From positions 448,001 through 512,000 of the forward strand of contig CAVWLP010000003.1 of NCBI GenBank assembly GCA_963755915.1: a stretch of 64,000 nucleotides of DNA. Reading direction: 5' to 3'. Source of the DNA: an uncultured Phycisphaerales bacterium (lineage in GTDB: Bacteria > Planctomycetota > Phycisphaerae > Tepidisphaerales > Tepidisphaeraceae). Positions 21,674 to 33,789 of this stretch are shown here, in pieces. Each line of letters begins with the position of its first letter. The stretch's first letter is position 1. The position numbers and the translations under genes were made by a program. Under the pieces are notes generated by a model. The model was not told the origin of the DNA and did not search any database. It worked only from the letters and a program-made list of their open reading frames with translations.

Positions 21674-24600
21674 ATGGACACGACGGCATGGCGCAGGGGA
21701 AATCCCCACAGCTTCTCCTGGAGTTCAACGCGGTTCGCAACAGCGATCTTTTCTCCAACCATTGGCTGGAGAATCGCTTGCCCCTCGAACCGGAATGGAC
21801 CGAGGCGCGCAGAGGCATACGCCGCCATAGAGACGCTGACGGAACTTTGGAAAGTCCAAAAGAAACGTGTCGAGAAATACGACGGTGAGCAAATGCTCGA
21901 AGAGCAGTTCATTCAGCCGGTGCTACGCGCACTCGGCTGGAAGGACCGCATGCTCTATCAGACGTTTCTGCGCGGGCGCAAGCCAGACTACGCGCTCTTC
22001 CTTGATGACGGCCAGGTCGAGACGGCGCTCGCGAAGGGAAAGAATCATCCTGATTTTTGGAAGAGTCCGGTGATGGTCGCGGATGCAAAGGCTTGGGCCA
22101 TATCACTGGACCGCAAGGCGACCGTGGAAGCCAAGCGCGAATACCCGCCGGAGCAAATTGAGTGGTATTTGAACAACAGTCAGCTCGACTACGCCATTTT
22201 GACCAATGGCCGGTTGTGGCGGCTCGTCCCCAGGCAACATGATCCTGGCCAAGCCCGTTTTCAGACTTACCTAGAAGTTGATTTGCCACAACTCCTTGAC
22301 GAACGAATGGAGGTGCTCGATTCCAAGGTCTGGCCGGGATTCGACGACTTCCTGCGTTTTTTTCTGTTCTTTTCGCCGGTGGCACACCGCGAAACCGCCG
22401 AACGTCCCTCGCTTATTCGGCGCGCACGCGCGGGCAGTAGCGAGTACAGATTGGGGGTCGGGGAAGGTCTCAAGCAGCGAGTATTTGACGCATTGTCGCT
22501 TTGTGTCGAAGGGTTCGTACGGCATGAGGCGAACAAGTTGACTTCGTCGCCCGCCGACATCGAACTTTGTCGGCAACAAAGTTTCACACTCCTTTACCGG
22601 CTTCTCTTCGTGCTATTTGCCGAGGATCGAAAGCTGCTCCCATACAAGATCGACCGGGCCTACACAGACAACCGATCGCTTGGACGATTTCGTGACGAAA
22701 TCGCCAAGACGTTGGACCGCCTCGACCAAGGAAAGGACGTGGAGTTTCCTGAAAAACAGGTTCAATATTGGCCCGATCTGTTATCGCTCTTCGACCTGAT
22801 TGACGCCGGTGCCGCTCGCTATCGCGTACCCGCATACAACGGCGGCCTCTTCGATTCCGAACAGCATCCATTTCTTCGCGACAAAGTCCTTCCAGACGGA
22901 TATTTGGCCCGTGTCATTGATCGTCTGAGCCGTGCACCTGACCCGAAGCATCCCCACCTCGGGCTGTTTCGGGTCGATTACCGCGATCTCGCGATCCAGC
23001 ATTTAGGCAATGTGTACGAAGGGCTTTTGGAACTTCGTCCAAAAATCGCCGAGTCTGATCTGGTTGTCATTCGCACCACGAGCGCGAGACGACGCGGAGA
23101 AATATTTGCCTGCCGACGAACCGCTACCCAAGGGTTACGAGGCTACCGGTCAGCGATACGAAAAAGGTTCGGTGTACCTCGTGACCGACAAGGGCGAACG
23201 GCGCGCTTCCGGCAGTTATTACACACCGGATCATATTGTTAGCTACATCGTCGAGCGGACCCTTGGGCCGATTCGCGAGGGAATCGACCATCAACTGACA
23301 AGCGATATTGAGCGCACGAACAGGAATTGAAGCGTGCCCGTGGAGAAAATCGCGCACAGTTGGTTACTCGGATAGACACGCTCAAAGGCGATTTCGATGA
23401 TCGGCTGCTTCGGTTGCGGGTGCTCGATCCAGCCATGGGTTCTGGTCATTTCTTGATTCGGGCCTGCCAGTATTTGGCGGAGCAGGTCGCCACAAATCCA
23501 CGCGCAAAGGATGCTTCCCATACTGGCGGTGCTGAAGAATCGACGCTGGTTTACTGGAAGCGACGCGTCGCGGAGTCGTGTCTCTACGGAGTCGATCTCA
23601 ATCCGATGGCGGTGGAGTTGGCCAAACTCGCACTTTGGCTGGAAACCGTCTCGGTGAACCAGCCACTCACATTCCTCGATCACCATCTTCGTCACGGCAA
23701 TAGCCTCGTCGGCACGAGCGTCGAGTCCTTGGGCGTACTGCCCGGAACGGAACTCGTCAGCAACCGTTTTGAGCAGCAAGTTAAGCAACGTCTGCCGCGA
23801 CTCCTTGATGCGTTGGTCATGATTCGGCGCACGCCGTCTGACACGGTTGAACACGTGAAGGAGAAAGACAAGCTGTTCCGACGAACCTTTGAGCCGGTGC
23901 GCCAACCGTTTCTATTGTCGGCTCATGCCTGGTGTTCGTTCTTTTTTGCAAAGGCGGAAGAGCGGCTGAACAACACCCAATATGACGGGTTGATTGATGC
24001 GCTGGGGCAACCGAAAAAATTTGAAGCGATAGCATCATCTCCGCCGTGTTCAATAGCGATTCAGACGTGCGGGCCGAACGGCATCGCCGCGTTTCATTGG
24101 GAACTTGAATTTCCGGAAGTGTTCTTCGGTGAAGCCGGGTATCGGAGCGACCGGGGATTTGACGCGATCATTGGCAATCCACCGTATGACGTACTTTCTG
24201 AAAAGGAGACCGGCCGCGATCTGTCGCAACTCAAGGAGTTTATCGACAGGATGCCGGTGTATGCACCGTCCAAAGTTGGCAAAAACAACCTTTACAAGTT
24301 GTTTATTTGCCGGGCGATTTCACTTCTTGCGCCAGCGGCGCGATTGGGCTTCATTACACCGATGGCCGTTCTGGGCGATGAAGCCACTTCAAAGATTCGC
24401 CGCGAGATATTTCGTATCGGCCGCTTTCAGGCAATAGAAGCCTTTCCGCAGAAGGATGATCCCAATCGCCGCGTGTTTCGCGACGCAAAGCTATCGACAG
24501 CCGTTTTCATTCTACAACGCGTAGATGACGCTGATGGTCGGAAACAACCCTTTCAATCGCAGGTACACCCGGCGGACAGAATCGACGAGGTATCGGCCAT

Positions 24601-25524
24601 CCTTACACTCTCGGCGGAAGAAATTCCAAGTTACGATCCTGAAAACCTCACGATTGTCAGTACATCGGATGCCGACTGGCGGCTTGCCACGCGAATCACG
24701 CGCAGTGGAAGACTCGAACGGCTCGGGCATTTCGCACAATGCACTCAGGGTGAAGTCAACGAGACGGTGGCACGCGGCAAAGGTTATCTCGCGGATGCGA
24801 TCACGGACGGGGAACTCGTGGTACGCGGCTCAAATATCTGTCTGTACGTTCCACGCCTTGCATCGCAGGGTGATGACCTATTCGTCTCTGTACATCGATT
24901 CCTGGCCGGTAAGGGCGAAGATACGAAAGCATTTGATCATCGCTGGGCACGGGTCGGACTCCAGGAAAGTTCGCCGCAAAATAACTTCCGGCGGATCATT
25001 GCATCGTACATCGGTGCGGGCAAATTCTGCAATCACAAGGTCAACTATTTTCCGAGCGAAAATCATCCGTACCACTTGAATTTGTCCTTGCAGTTTTGAA
25101 TTCAAAGCTCGCGGATTGGTATTTTCGCCTGGGAAGCACTAATGCGGCCGTCAGCCACTACCAGCTTCATAATCTTCCCTGCCCGTCCTTTGCTAAGCAA
25201 TCTACTCCAGCGGACGCCCGGATGCTCAGCCAGGCGGTGGCAGCAATTAATTCCGCAAAGCTTTCTGATGTTCCCACAATTTTGGCGGCGGGATTAAGTG
25301 ATTCACCGTTCAGTCCTGCCGTTCGCGACACAATCTTCGAGGCGGTCGGGCGCATCATGGCAATTGAGTCTGCGCGTGGCGATATTGCCCGAACCGAACG
25401 ATCTGCCCTGGAGAACAAAGCCCAGCCCTATCAAGACCTGATCGACCAGTTGTTTTATCGCATGGCGGGTTTGAGCAACGAGGAAGTCACTGGGCTGGAA
25501 GGACGTCTAGCTCGCATGTTGTAA
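21674..25524 (+). CDS. Type IIG/Eco57I-like fused restriction endonuclease and amino-methyltransferase (frameshifts near 23085, 23320, 25055)
   Basis: PD-(D/E)xK-like KPDYALF...ADAK and LTNG, YNGGLF, GSYYTP, VLDPAMGSGHFL, IIGNPPY, and a C-terminal LNSKL..WYF specificity region. Confidence 0.85.
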
Positions 25525-25547
25525 CCGCCTGTGGCGGCGTGAGCAAC

Positions 25548-25960
25548 TTACAGCGAGTTTTCGGGACCATCGGTCTGTCCTCGTTCCATCGCGATGCATT
25601 CCTGGAACGTCATCGGCATTTTGCCGAATGAATCCTGCTCAAGTTTTGGCGGCGCTGCGGTATCAGCCTCTGTTGCTGGCCCAGATGCGGGCATTAACAC
25701 CGTCCGGCGGCGGATGCGGGCGGTGACTGGTTCCTCGGCGGTGGCGTGCGGCTGGCGAATACGCCGCGGCGCGGCTTCGACACTATGTGCGGCCTTGACA
25801 GTCATCTCTGCGCCACCGATCTCCATCGGTGCGACGCCCAACCAATCGGGATCGACATGGTGTGCGGGTTCGCCCCGGTCACGCTTCCGAAAAAACACGA
25901 TGTCGGTCACCACGGCGGTTCCTTCCCGCTTGAACGCATCCGATGGCAGGCGGATACGGA
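25548..25960 (-). pseudogene. Fragment of an ICE-type DNA methylase/helicase gene
   Basis: Isolated IRLPSDAFKREGTAVVTDIVFFRKR motif without the rest of the methylase. Confidence 0.6.
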
Positions 25961-26014
25961 ATTTCGCAAGCATCCTCCTCCGTGCCTCCCATTAAAAAAA
26001 TTCAAAAAAATTTC

Positions 26015-26063
26015 TTGCATGCGGGAAGATCGGAGCTATTATAAGAGTTAATAAAGTTAATAA
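26015..26063 (+). promoter_or_regulatory. Putative trb operon promoter/operator
   Basis: TTGCAT-N16-TATTAT after A-tracts, followed by AGTTAATAA direct repeats. Confidence 0.5.
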
Positions 26064-26114
26064 CGGTGCAAACGGCATCGAATGCCGAGCAGCGTTTTGA
26101 AAGGAGCGTGATTT

Positions 26115-26450
26115 ATGTTCCGTAGTCGAGCGGCTATTTCGTTGCCAGGGTTAGCCGGCTGGTTTGCTGTGATGGCCTGGGGTGGCGTGGCGCGTGCGGC
26201 CGCAAATGGAGCTAATGGCCAACCTCTGCCTTGGGAAGGCCCTTTGAACCAAGTGTTGGCCAGCTTCACTGGGCCGGTTGCTAAGGCGCTGTGCATCCTG
26301 GCCATTGTGATTCTCGGGTTCGGCTTCGCATTCAGCGACGGCGGCGGGTTGCGGCGCGTGCTGGGTCTCTTGCTGGGAGTTTCCATTGCGGTGACGGCCA
26401 CAAGTTTCGGCGTGACGTTCTTCGGTTTCGACGGCGGCGCAGGGTGGTGA
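26115..26450 (+). CDS. trbC: TrbC/VirB2 pilin
   Basis: LPWEGPL...SFTGPVA and hydrophobic helices. Confidence 0.9.
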   Translation: MFRSRAAISLPGLAGWFAVMAWGGVARAAANGANGQPLPWEGPLNQVLASFTGPVAKALCILAIVILGFGFAFSDGGGLRRVLGLLLGVSIAVTATSFGVTFFGFDGGAGW

Positions 26451-26486
26451 GGCGGTTCGACGAAGCTGACCGCAGGAGTAGCAGCC

Positions 26487-26756
26487 ATGACGCGACCCGA
26501 AGAAATCGAGGGATACGAAGTGCCGCTGCATGTGGCATTGACCCAACCCATCCTTATGGGTGGCGCGCCGCGGACCTTTGCAATCCTCAACGGAACGCTT
26601 GCTCTGGTCATTGGCATGGGGATGCACCTGTGGTGGCTGGGATTTCCGGCTGGCGCCGCCCTACATGCCGTTGCCGTGGTGATGAGCAAACGCGACCCGC
26701 ATTGGTTTGATCTGTTTCGTCGTCATCTGCGGCAGCCGACATACATGGAATCGTGA
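26487..26756 (+). CDS. trbD: TrbD/VirB3
   Basis: VPLHVALTQPILMGGAPR...KRDP. Confidence 0.9.
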   Translation: MTRPEEIEGYEVPLHVALTQPILMGGAPRTFAILNGTLALVIGMGMHLWWLGFPAGAALHAVAVVMSKRDPHWFDLFRRHLRQPTYMES

Positions 26757-26773
26757 TGTGAAGGATTTCCGCC

Positions 26774-29342
26774 ATGTGGAACATTGGCGAATACCGAAAC
26801 CGTTCCCAGCGCCTGGCTGACCACCTGCCATGGGCCGTTTTGATCGGTCCGGGCGTGGTGCTTAATAAGGACGGTAGCCTGGAAAAGACGGTACGATTCC
26901 GCGGACCCGATCTGGATAGTTCCACCCCGTATGAGCTGGTCGCGGCCCGCGCGAATGAACAATGTGCTGCGCCGCCTGGGATCGCACTGGTGCGTGCATG
27001 TTGAGGCTGCGCGACGTTCTGCCCATGCCTATCCAGAAAGTAAGTTTCCTAATCCAGTAGCGGAATTGATCGACCGGGAGCGTCGGCAGGATTTCACCGC
27101 CGAGGCACTGCACTTTGAGAGCCAATGCTTCGTCACATTCACCTACCTGCCACCAGCGGAAAGCATGGCGCGCCTGAGCGATCTGTTCATCGAACGACCG
27201 AGCAATGGGAGCAACGGACAGGTTTCTTATCGCGCCCATTACGATCATTTCCTCGGCCAGGTCGATCAGGTGATGAACTTGATGGCATCTTTCATGCCAG
27301 AGGTTCGACCGCTGGATGATTCTGAAACTTTGACCTACCTCCACTCGTGTATCTCGGACCGGCGATTGACCATCGCGGTCCCCGACGTGCCATTCTACCT
27401 CGATGAAATGATTACCGACCGGCCGCTATTGGGCGGGCTCTCCCCGCGGTTGGGCCAACAATTTCTGAAAGCCGTGTCGATCCGGGCTTACGTCAATCGC
27501 ACGCTGCCCTGCCTATTGGATCGGCTGAACGAATTGCCAATCGAATACCGCTGGGTCGGCCGCTATCTTCCGATGGACAAGGCCGATGCAACGCGACATT
27601 TGAACAAGCTGCGCCGCCAGTGGTTCGCCAAGCGCAAGGGGATGACGACGCTGCTGAAAGAGGCGATCACCAAACAGGAAAGCAAGCTGGAGGATTCCGA
27701 TAGTTTGAACAAGGCCGAAGATGTGGACGACGCGCTGCAGGAGCTCGGCGGCGAGCACTGCTCCTTCGGAGATTTCACACTCACGATCACTGTTTGGGAT
27801 GAAGATGAACAAACTGCGACGGAAAAGGCCCGCGCCGTCCAACAAGTTGTGGACGGAATCGGTCTTGTGTCCGAAATCGAAGATTTCAACGCGGTTCAGG
27901 CGTGGATGGGCAGTCTTCCCGGTCACGCTTATGCCGATGTGCGCCGGCCGCTGGTTTCCTCGTTGAATGTCTGCGACCTGGTGCCGCTGAGTGCGGTCTG
28001 GTCCGGTCCAGCGCGTTGTGCTCATCTCGACGGGCCACCGCTGCTGGTTACTCGCACGAAGGGATCGACCCCATTTCGTTTGTCACTGCATCAGGGCGAT
28101 GTGGGCCATACGATCATTGCGGGCCCAACTGGCGCGGGCAAATCGACGCTATTAAATCTTCTAGCCTGCCAATGGCTCCGATATCCCGGCGCCCGTGTGT
28201 ACATCTTCGACAAGGGCGCAAGCTGCCGCGCGATGACCTTGGCAATGGGCGGGGACTTTTACGATCTGGGCGGCGAAGGCGAAGATATTTGCTTCCAGCC
28301 GTTGGCGGACATCGACGATGAATCGGAACTGGCCTGGGCACAAGATTGGATCGCCGACCTTCTGTACCGCGAAAAATTGGCAGTGACGCCGGCGACAAAG
28401 CAAGAATTGTGGGCGGCGCTGACCAATTTGGCGTCGATGCCGAAGGCACAGCGCACGCTCAGCACACTTGTGGGCATCGTCCAAGATGCGGACATTCGAC
28501 AGGCGCTCCGAAGTTACACCCTCGATGGCGCGTATGGTCGGCTGCTGGATGCCAATGAGGACACGCTCAACAGTAATAACGATGCCCGCTGGCAGGCGTT
28601 TGAGATGGAACACCTGATGCAGAGCCGCTCGGCCCTGCTGCCGGTCCTGACATACTTGTTCCGCCGGCTTGAAAAACGCTTCGACGGCGCGCCGACACTG
28701 ATGATTCTCGATGAGGCGTGGCTGTATCTGACCGAATCACTTTTCGCCGCCAAGATCCGTGAGTGGCTCAAGGTGTTGCGAAAGAAAAATGTCGCCGTCA
28801 TCTTTGCCACGCAGAGCTTATCTGACATCGCCGACAGCGCCATCGCGCCGGCGATCATCGAAAACTGCCCGACACGCATCTTCCTGCCCAACGGCAATGC
28901 GATGGAAGATCGCACCCGGAAAGTCTACGAGTCATTCGGCCTGAACGAGCGGCAACTGCAAATTCTCCAGCAGTCGATCCCAAAGAAGGACTACTACTAC
29001 CAGAGCCGTGAAGGAAATCGGCTTTTTGAACTGGGTCTCGGCGAATTGACGCTGGCCTTTTGCGCCGCGGGCTCACCGCAGGATCAAGCGCGAATTACCA
29101 AAGTTCTGAGCGAGCATGATCGCGAGCGTTTCGCCGCCGCTTACCTGAAGGAACGGGGTCTCGGCCATTGGGCGGAGCGTTTGGAAACTTTCAACGTCGA
29201 AAGGAAAGACCATGAACAACGTGAATCCGGTCACGACAACATTGAATTCAGCAAAGGGGAAGCCGAAACACTTTCGGCCAAAGAGAGCTCTGGTCCTGGC
29301 TCTCGTCGCCGGCGGCGCGCTCGTACTCGGGCCGGCGCGTAG
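26774..29342 (+). CDS. trbE: TrbE/VirB4 ATPase (frameshift near 26950)
   Basis: LADHLPWA, RGPDLDS, GPTGAGKS, ILDEAW, FATQS. Confidence 0.9.
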
Positions 29343-29997
29343 GGCCGATGCCTTTTTGTTCGATATCGTCTTAGACCCGGTTGCGCTGGTCGAAAATGTC
29401 CTGAAGGTGGTGGACATTGGCGAGCAGATCGATGCGGTAGTCCAGCAAGTGGAGAACCAAGTCAAAGAATTAGAGCATCTCAACCTCAACGTTGCGCCGA
29501 ATATTGCGGGGATCGTTTCAGGGGTGGAAGGCCAATTGGAGTCCAGCCTTTACAGCACACCGAATCCAGCGAGCCAACTCAACACGCGATATCCGGCGGA
29601 CATGACCAGTGCCACCTGGGCGCAGTATCAGTCGAACGAATCGACGTGGACGGACAACCAGCGCCAAGCGCTGGTCGAGAATCGTCAATTACAGAATCAG
29701 GTCTATCAGGACATGGATACGACGATCCAACAAGTACAGGGAATCGTCGATGCGTCCAACTCTGCGTCCGGCGAAACGTCGGCGGTCCAGGCCCACAATG
29801 ACCTGCTGGCGGTGGCGTCGGGCGAACTAGCCAAGTTGCAATCTCTGAAAATCGCCCGCGCACGGCTCAAAACCGAAGCTCTGGCCCAACAGCAGTCGGA
29901 ATCATCATATGCGGAGGCTGAGCGCGAGCGAGTTCGCACCGGATGGGATAACCCCGCGCCGCCGACAGAGACGGTCGTCAATCCGTTTCAGAACTGA
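29212..29997 (+). CDS. trbJ: TrbJ/VirB5-like protein, copy 1
   Basis: Signal peptide, IVLDP, Q-rich helices; lies between trbE and trbL. Confidence 0.7.
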   Translation: MNNVNPVTTTLNSAKGKPKHFRPKRALVLALVAGGALVLGPARRADAFLFDIVLDPVALVENVLKVVDIGEQIDAVVQQVENQVKELEHLNLNVAPNIAGIVSGVEGQLESSLYSTPNPASQLNTRYPADMTSATWAQYQSNESTWTDNQRQALVENRQLQNQVYQDMDTTIQQVQGIVDASNSASGETSAVQAHNDLLAVASGELAKLQSLKIARARLKTEALAQQQSESSYAEAERERVRTGWDNPAPPTETVVNPFQN

Positions 29998-30047
29998 ACT
30001 GTGGAACCAATTCATTCCGAAGGAACATGCGAAAGAGGAGATTTGCC

Positions 30048-30782
30048 ATGACACGCTCAAAGAAACGTTTTCTCATTGTCGCAGCAACGGCGGCGCTGCT
30101 TCTGCCCACGGCCGCGTTTGCCGACATCGTCTTTGACCCGACGAACTTCGCCGAAGCGGTAATCCAAGTAGCGGACGATGCGCAAATGGTTGACCAGCTC
30201 TACCAAGAGATTGACAACGAAGTGAACATGCTGAAAAGCTGGAACTTCACTCAGTTACCCGGAGTTCTGCAAAGCATGAATATCTGGCAGCAGGTGTTCG
30301 GCCAGGCCGGCACGATCTATTCATCTACTGATCCCGGCAGCACGCTCAACAGCCAATATCCGTCCGATCCGAGCAATTATGCAAACATGACGGATGCCAA
30401 CTTCCAATCCATGAAAAACGCTTGGGATCAGGAAGAAAGAAGCGTCCTGGTCGAAAACCGCACCGTCCAAAACGAGACGTATTTGAACCTGCAACCGACC
30501 GCGCAGCGCATTCAAGCTTATGTGGAGCATTCCAATTCCGCGTCTGGCGCCACCTCCGCCATGCAGGCCGGGAACGAGGAAGTGGCGAGTTTGGTAGCGC
30601 AGCTTCAATCGCTCCAAGCGCAGGAAATTACCGATGCCCGCGCCGAAGTGGAGCGGAAGGCGCAAGAACAAGCGGAAGAAGCTTATGGCGATCAGCAGTG
30701 TCAGGCGGTGCGCGTGGGCTGGGACAATCCACAGCAGCCCACTACATCTTTAGTGAATGCCTTTCCCGCGGCCAATCAATAG
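30048..30782 (+). CDS. trbJ: TrbJ/VirB5-like protein, copy 2
   Basis: Signal peptide, IVFDPTN, SASGATSAMQAGN. Confidence 0.8.
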   Translation: MTRSKKRFLIVAATAALLLPTAAFADIVFDPTNFAEAVIQVADDAQMVDQLYQEIDNEVNMLKSWNFTQLPGVLQSMNIWQQVFGQAGTIYSSTDPGSTLNSQYPSDPSNYANMTDANFQSMKNAWDQEERSVLVENRTVQNETYLNLQPTAQRIQAYVEHSNSASGATSAMQAGNEEVASLVAQLQSLQAQEITDARAEVERKAQEQAEEAYGDQQCQAVRVGWDNPQQPTTSLVNAFPAANQ

Positions 30783-30815
30783 TGGAGCAACCAGAAGCGA
30801 AGGGAGGTGATTGCA

Positions 30816-31979
30816 ATGACGGCGATCCTGGCAGTGGACTTCGGCAATGGCGGGCCCGACCTCATCAATGATGTGGCCAACCAGTACCTCAACGCGATCA
30901 ACAATGCGTTCGGTCTCATCCAAGGCGACGTCGCCTGGGTGCTGAATGTTCTTATTATTCTGAGCATCATGTGGTCGGCCACGCTCTGGGCGCTCAGCGA
31001 GGACCATGTCATCGCGCAGTTCGCCCGCAAAATCGTCTACATCGGCATGTTCGCCTGGATCATTCAGAACTGGCAATCGCTCACGGACAAGCTGGCAACC
31101 TCATTCATGAATCTTGGATTGAAAGCCGGTGGGTTCGACGGGGTCGGCTTCTACACTCAACAGCCGGGCAATATCGCGTTCCTGGGTTACACGACGGCGC
31201 AGCCGCTGATGGATCAAATTAAGCGACTGACCGGGCCCGTCGCGTTCTTCAAAAACTTTGTCGAAATTGCATTTCTGGCCATAGCAGTCGCCGCCATCGT
31301 CGCCGCATTCTGCGTCATCACGATCCAAGTCGTGCTTGCGCTGGTCACGTTTAAGTTCGGGAGTTTGGCCGCATTCGTGCTCGTGCCATTCGGCGTGCTC
31401 TCCAAGACCGCGTTCATCGCCGAGCGGCCATTGGGCTGGGTGGTGGGGTCCGGCGTGCGCTTGATGGTCCTCACATTGGTCCTGGGGATTGGAAACGGCA
31501 TCTTCCAAGCGCTGCAGGTGCCGGCGGGGAACACGGTGACGACTTATCAAGCCTTCTGCATCGCATTAGCCGCGTTGCTGCTCATGGTGCTGTCGCTCGT
31601 CGCGTCGCGTCTGGCAACGGACATGATTATTGGTGGGCCAAGCCTGGGCGTTGGCACGGCGCTCAATACAACGGCGGTGGCCTACAACACCACCGTTGGC
31701 GCCGCTAGCTCCCGGCCGGCACTCGCGGCGGTAAGAGCGGCCGCCGCTATTCCGATGAAAGGCGCGACGCTGATTGCGCAGGTCGGCAGCGCCGCGGCGC
31801 GCACGATTCGCGGCGTTGGTAGTGCCGGTACGGTGGCGATGGCCTCGGCCGTTCCTTCTTCAACCGCAACTCGATCCGTTGGAACCGTCGCCGCGAATTC
31901 GGCCAGTCGAGTGCCTGGTCCATCCAATTCCCCGAGTGGTAAAGGCGGGTCTTCTGGCGCTGGAGGGCCTGTAACATGA
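30816..31979 (+). CDS. trbL: TrbL/VirB6
   Basis: Polytopic membrane protein, VLVPFGV..KTAFIAER, low-complexity tail. Confidence 0.9.
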   Translation: MTAILAVDFGNGGPDLINDVANQYLNAINNAFGLIQGDVAWVLNVLIILSIMWSATLWALSEDHVIAQFARKIVYIGMFAWIIQNWQSLTDKLATSFMNLGLKAGGFDGVGFYTQQPGNIAFLGYTTAQPLMDQIKRLTGPVAFFKNFVEIAFLAIAVAAIVAAFCVITIQVVLALVTFKFGSLAAFVLVPFGVLSKTAFIAERPLGWVVGSGVRLMVLTLVLGIGNGIFQALQVPAGNTVTTYQAFCIALAALLLMVLSLVASRLATDMIIGGPSLGVGTALNTTAVAYNTTVGAASSRPALAAVRAAAAIPMKGATLIAQVGSAAARTIRGVGSAGTVAMASAVPSSTATRSVGTVAANSASRVPGPSNSPSGKGGSSGAGGPVT

Positions 31980-32776
31980 GTTTTCCGCAGACAACGACAA
32001 GCTATGGGAAAAATGGCGGCTCATCCGACGGCCACAATCCGTATGCCCGCGCGGCGACCGCATGGGACGAACGAATTGGATCGGCGCGGGTACAGGCGCA
32101 CAACTGGCGTGTCATAGCCTTTGCGGCGATGGCGTTGGCGCTCATCTCGACAACTGGCGCGGTCGTGTTGGGAATCAAGAAACAGGTGGCCACCTACGTC
32201 GTCGAGGTGGATAAGGCGGGAATGCCGGGGCGGATCACACTGGCCAGTGAAACCTATCGACCCGAGGCAGCGCAAGTCGGTTACTTCATCGGTGAGGTCG
32301 TGCGCCTCGTGCGCGAACGGCCGCTCGATCCGGTCGTCATGCGCCAGCAGTGGACCAAGGCGTATCAGTTCCTCGCAGGCTCGGCTGTGAATGGAATGAA
32401 CGAATACGCCACCGGCGACAACGGACTCAAGAATGTGCCGGGCAATGGCGCTACCGCGCGCACCGTGGAAATCAGCAGCATCCTGCAGAAGTCGAGTGAC
32501 ACCTATCAGGTTCGTTGGGTCGAATCGACCTATTCCAGCGGAATGCTCCGCTCGCGCGAGCAATACACGGGACTCTTTCAGGTAAAGGTGATGCCGCCGA
32601 GGGACGAAGCGGATTCGTTCAAAAATCCAATAGGCGTCTACATCACCAACTTCACCTGGAGCCGGGAATTTTCGGGGCCGGTACTGAGAGACGACAGTGT
32701 GCGCCCCGCGGCTACACCGAATCCCACAAACTCGAATCCGACAGAGTCGTCCTCTGACCAAGGAGAACGGCAATGA
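31976..32776 (+). CDS. trbF: TrbF/VirB8
   Basis: PYARA..WDERIGSARVQA.NWR, KNPIGVYITNFTW. Confidence 0.9.
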   Translation: MSFPQTTTSYGKNGGSSDGHNPYARAATAWDERIGSARVQAHNWRVIAFAAMALALISTTGAVVLGIKKQVATYVVEVDKAGMPGRITLASETYRPEAAQVGYFIGEVVRLVRERPLDPVVMRQQWTKAYQFLAGSAVNGMNEYATGDNGLKNVPGNGATARTVEISSILQKSSDTYQVRWVESTYSSGMLRSREQYTGLFQVKVMPPRDEADSFKNPIGVYITNFTWSREFSGPVLRDDSVRPAATPNPTNSNPTESSSDQGERQ

Positions 32777-33776
32777 GCCTTCAAAAGCCAATACTGGTGT
32801 GCGCTTTAGTTTTGATCTCGCTGGTTGCTGGTTGTGAGACAACTGATCCGCCGTCGGTCGTCGTCATGCCGGATTCGCGCCTGCGCCCGCGATGCGGCTT
32901 ATGGATGATTCGGATTGCGCGATGCCAAAAATCGTTGAAGTGCGAGTGCCGGTTCCCAGCCCTCAGCTTCGTCCAATCGGAACGGACAGTGCTACTAGGA
33001 TGCCTCTGACAGGCGCCGCGGCCATTGCATCAGCAAAAGCGGGGGCAACAACGCAGCCAAGTATGGATGATTTCCTGAACGCAATTCAGTATTACGACTA
33101 TGCGCCCGGCGTCGTCTACACGGCCGTTACCAGTCCCGGCTACGTCACCACGATCGCGTTGCGCCCCGGTGAAAGGCTCATCACGGCGGCCGCGGGCGAT
33201 ACGACTCGGTGGCTCGTGCAGAGCGTCGAGTCCGGCTCGGGTCAATCAGAGCAAACGCTGCTTCTGGTCAAGCCGCGTAAGGGCGGACTACAAACGAACC
33301 TGCTTATCACAACCGACCAGCGAGTTTACACCCTGGACCTGACCAGTACGGACTCCAACACATATCACACGATGATCGCCTGGAACTATCCATACGGTGA
33401 CCTCGTGATGATCCGCGACCAAGTTGCCGAGCGACAGATGGTGGCGCAGGCCACGATCGCCTCGGGGCTGGATCTGTCCAAGGCCAACTTCAACTATCTC
33501 ATCCTGCGTCAGAAGCATTCTTCGACGCCGGCTTGGTGCCCGCTTCGGGCATTTGATGATGGCCAGAAAACTTACATTCAGTTCCCACCCAAAGTGACCG
33601 TCACAGAAGCACCGCCTCTGTTTGTGCTTGGACACAACGGCGATGCGCAGCTCGTGAATTACCGGGTCAAGGGTGATTGGTACATCGTTGATCGACTGTT
33701 CGACAAAGCGGAGCTGCGCATCGGCCAGGCTCCGCAGACAGTCGTGGGAATCGTTCGCGCCGATGCGCAGGATTGA
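32773..33776 (+). CDS. trbG: TrbG/VirB9 (frameshift near 32885)
   Basis: Lipobox VAGC, AGDTTRW, FDDGQKTYIQFP, APPLFV, LVNYRV. Confidence 0.85.
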
Positions 33777-33789
33777 TTGAGGAACCGCG

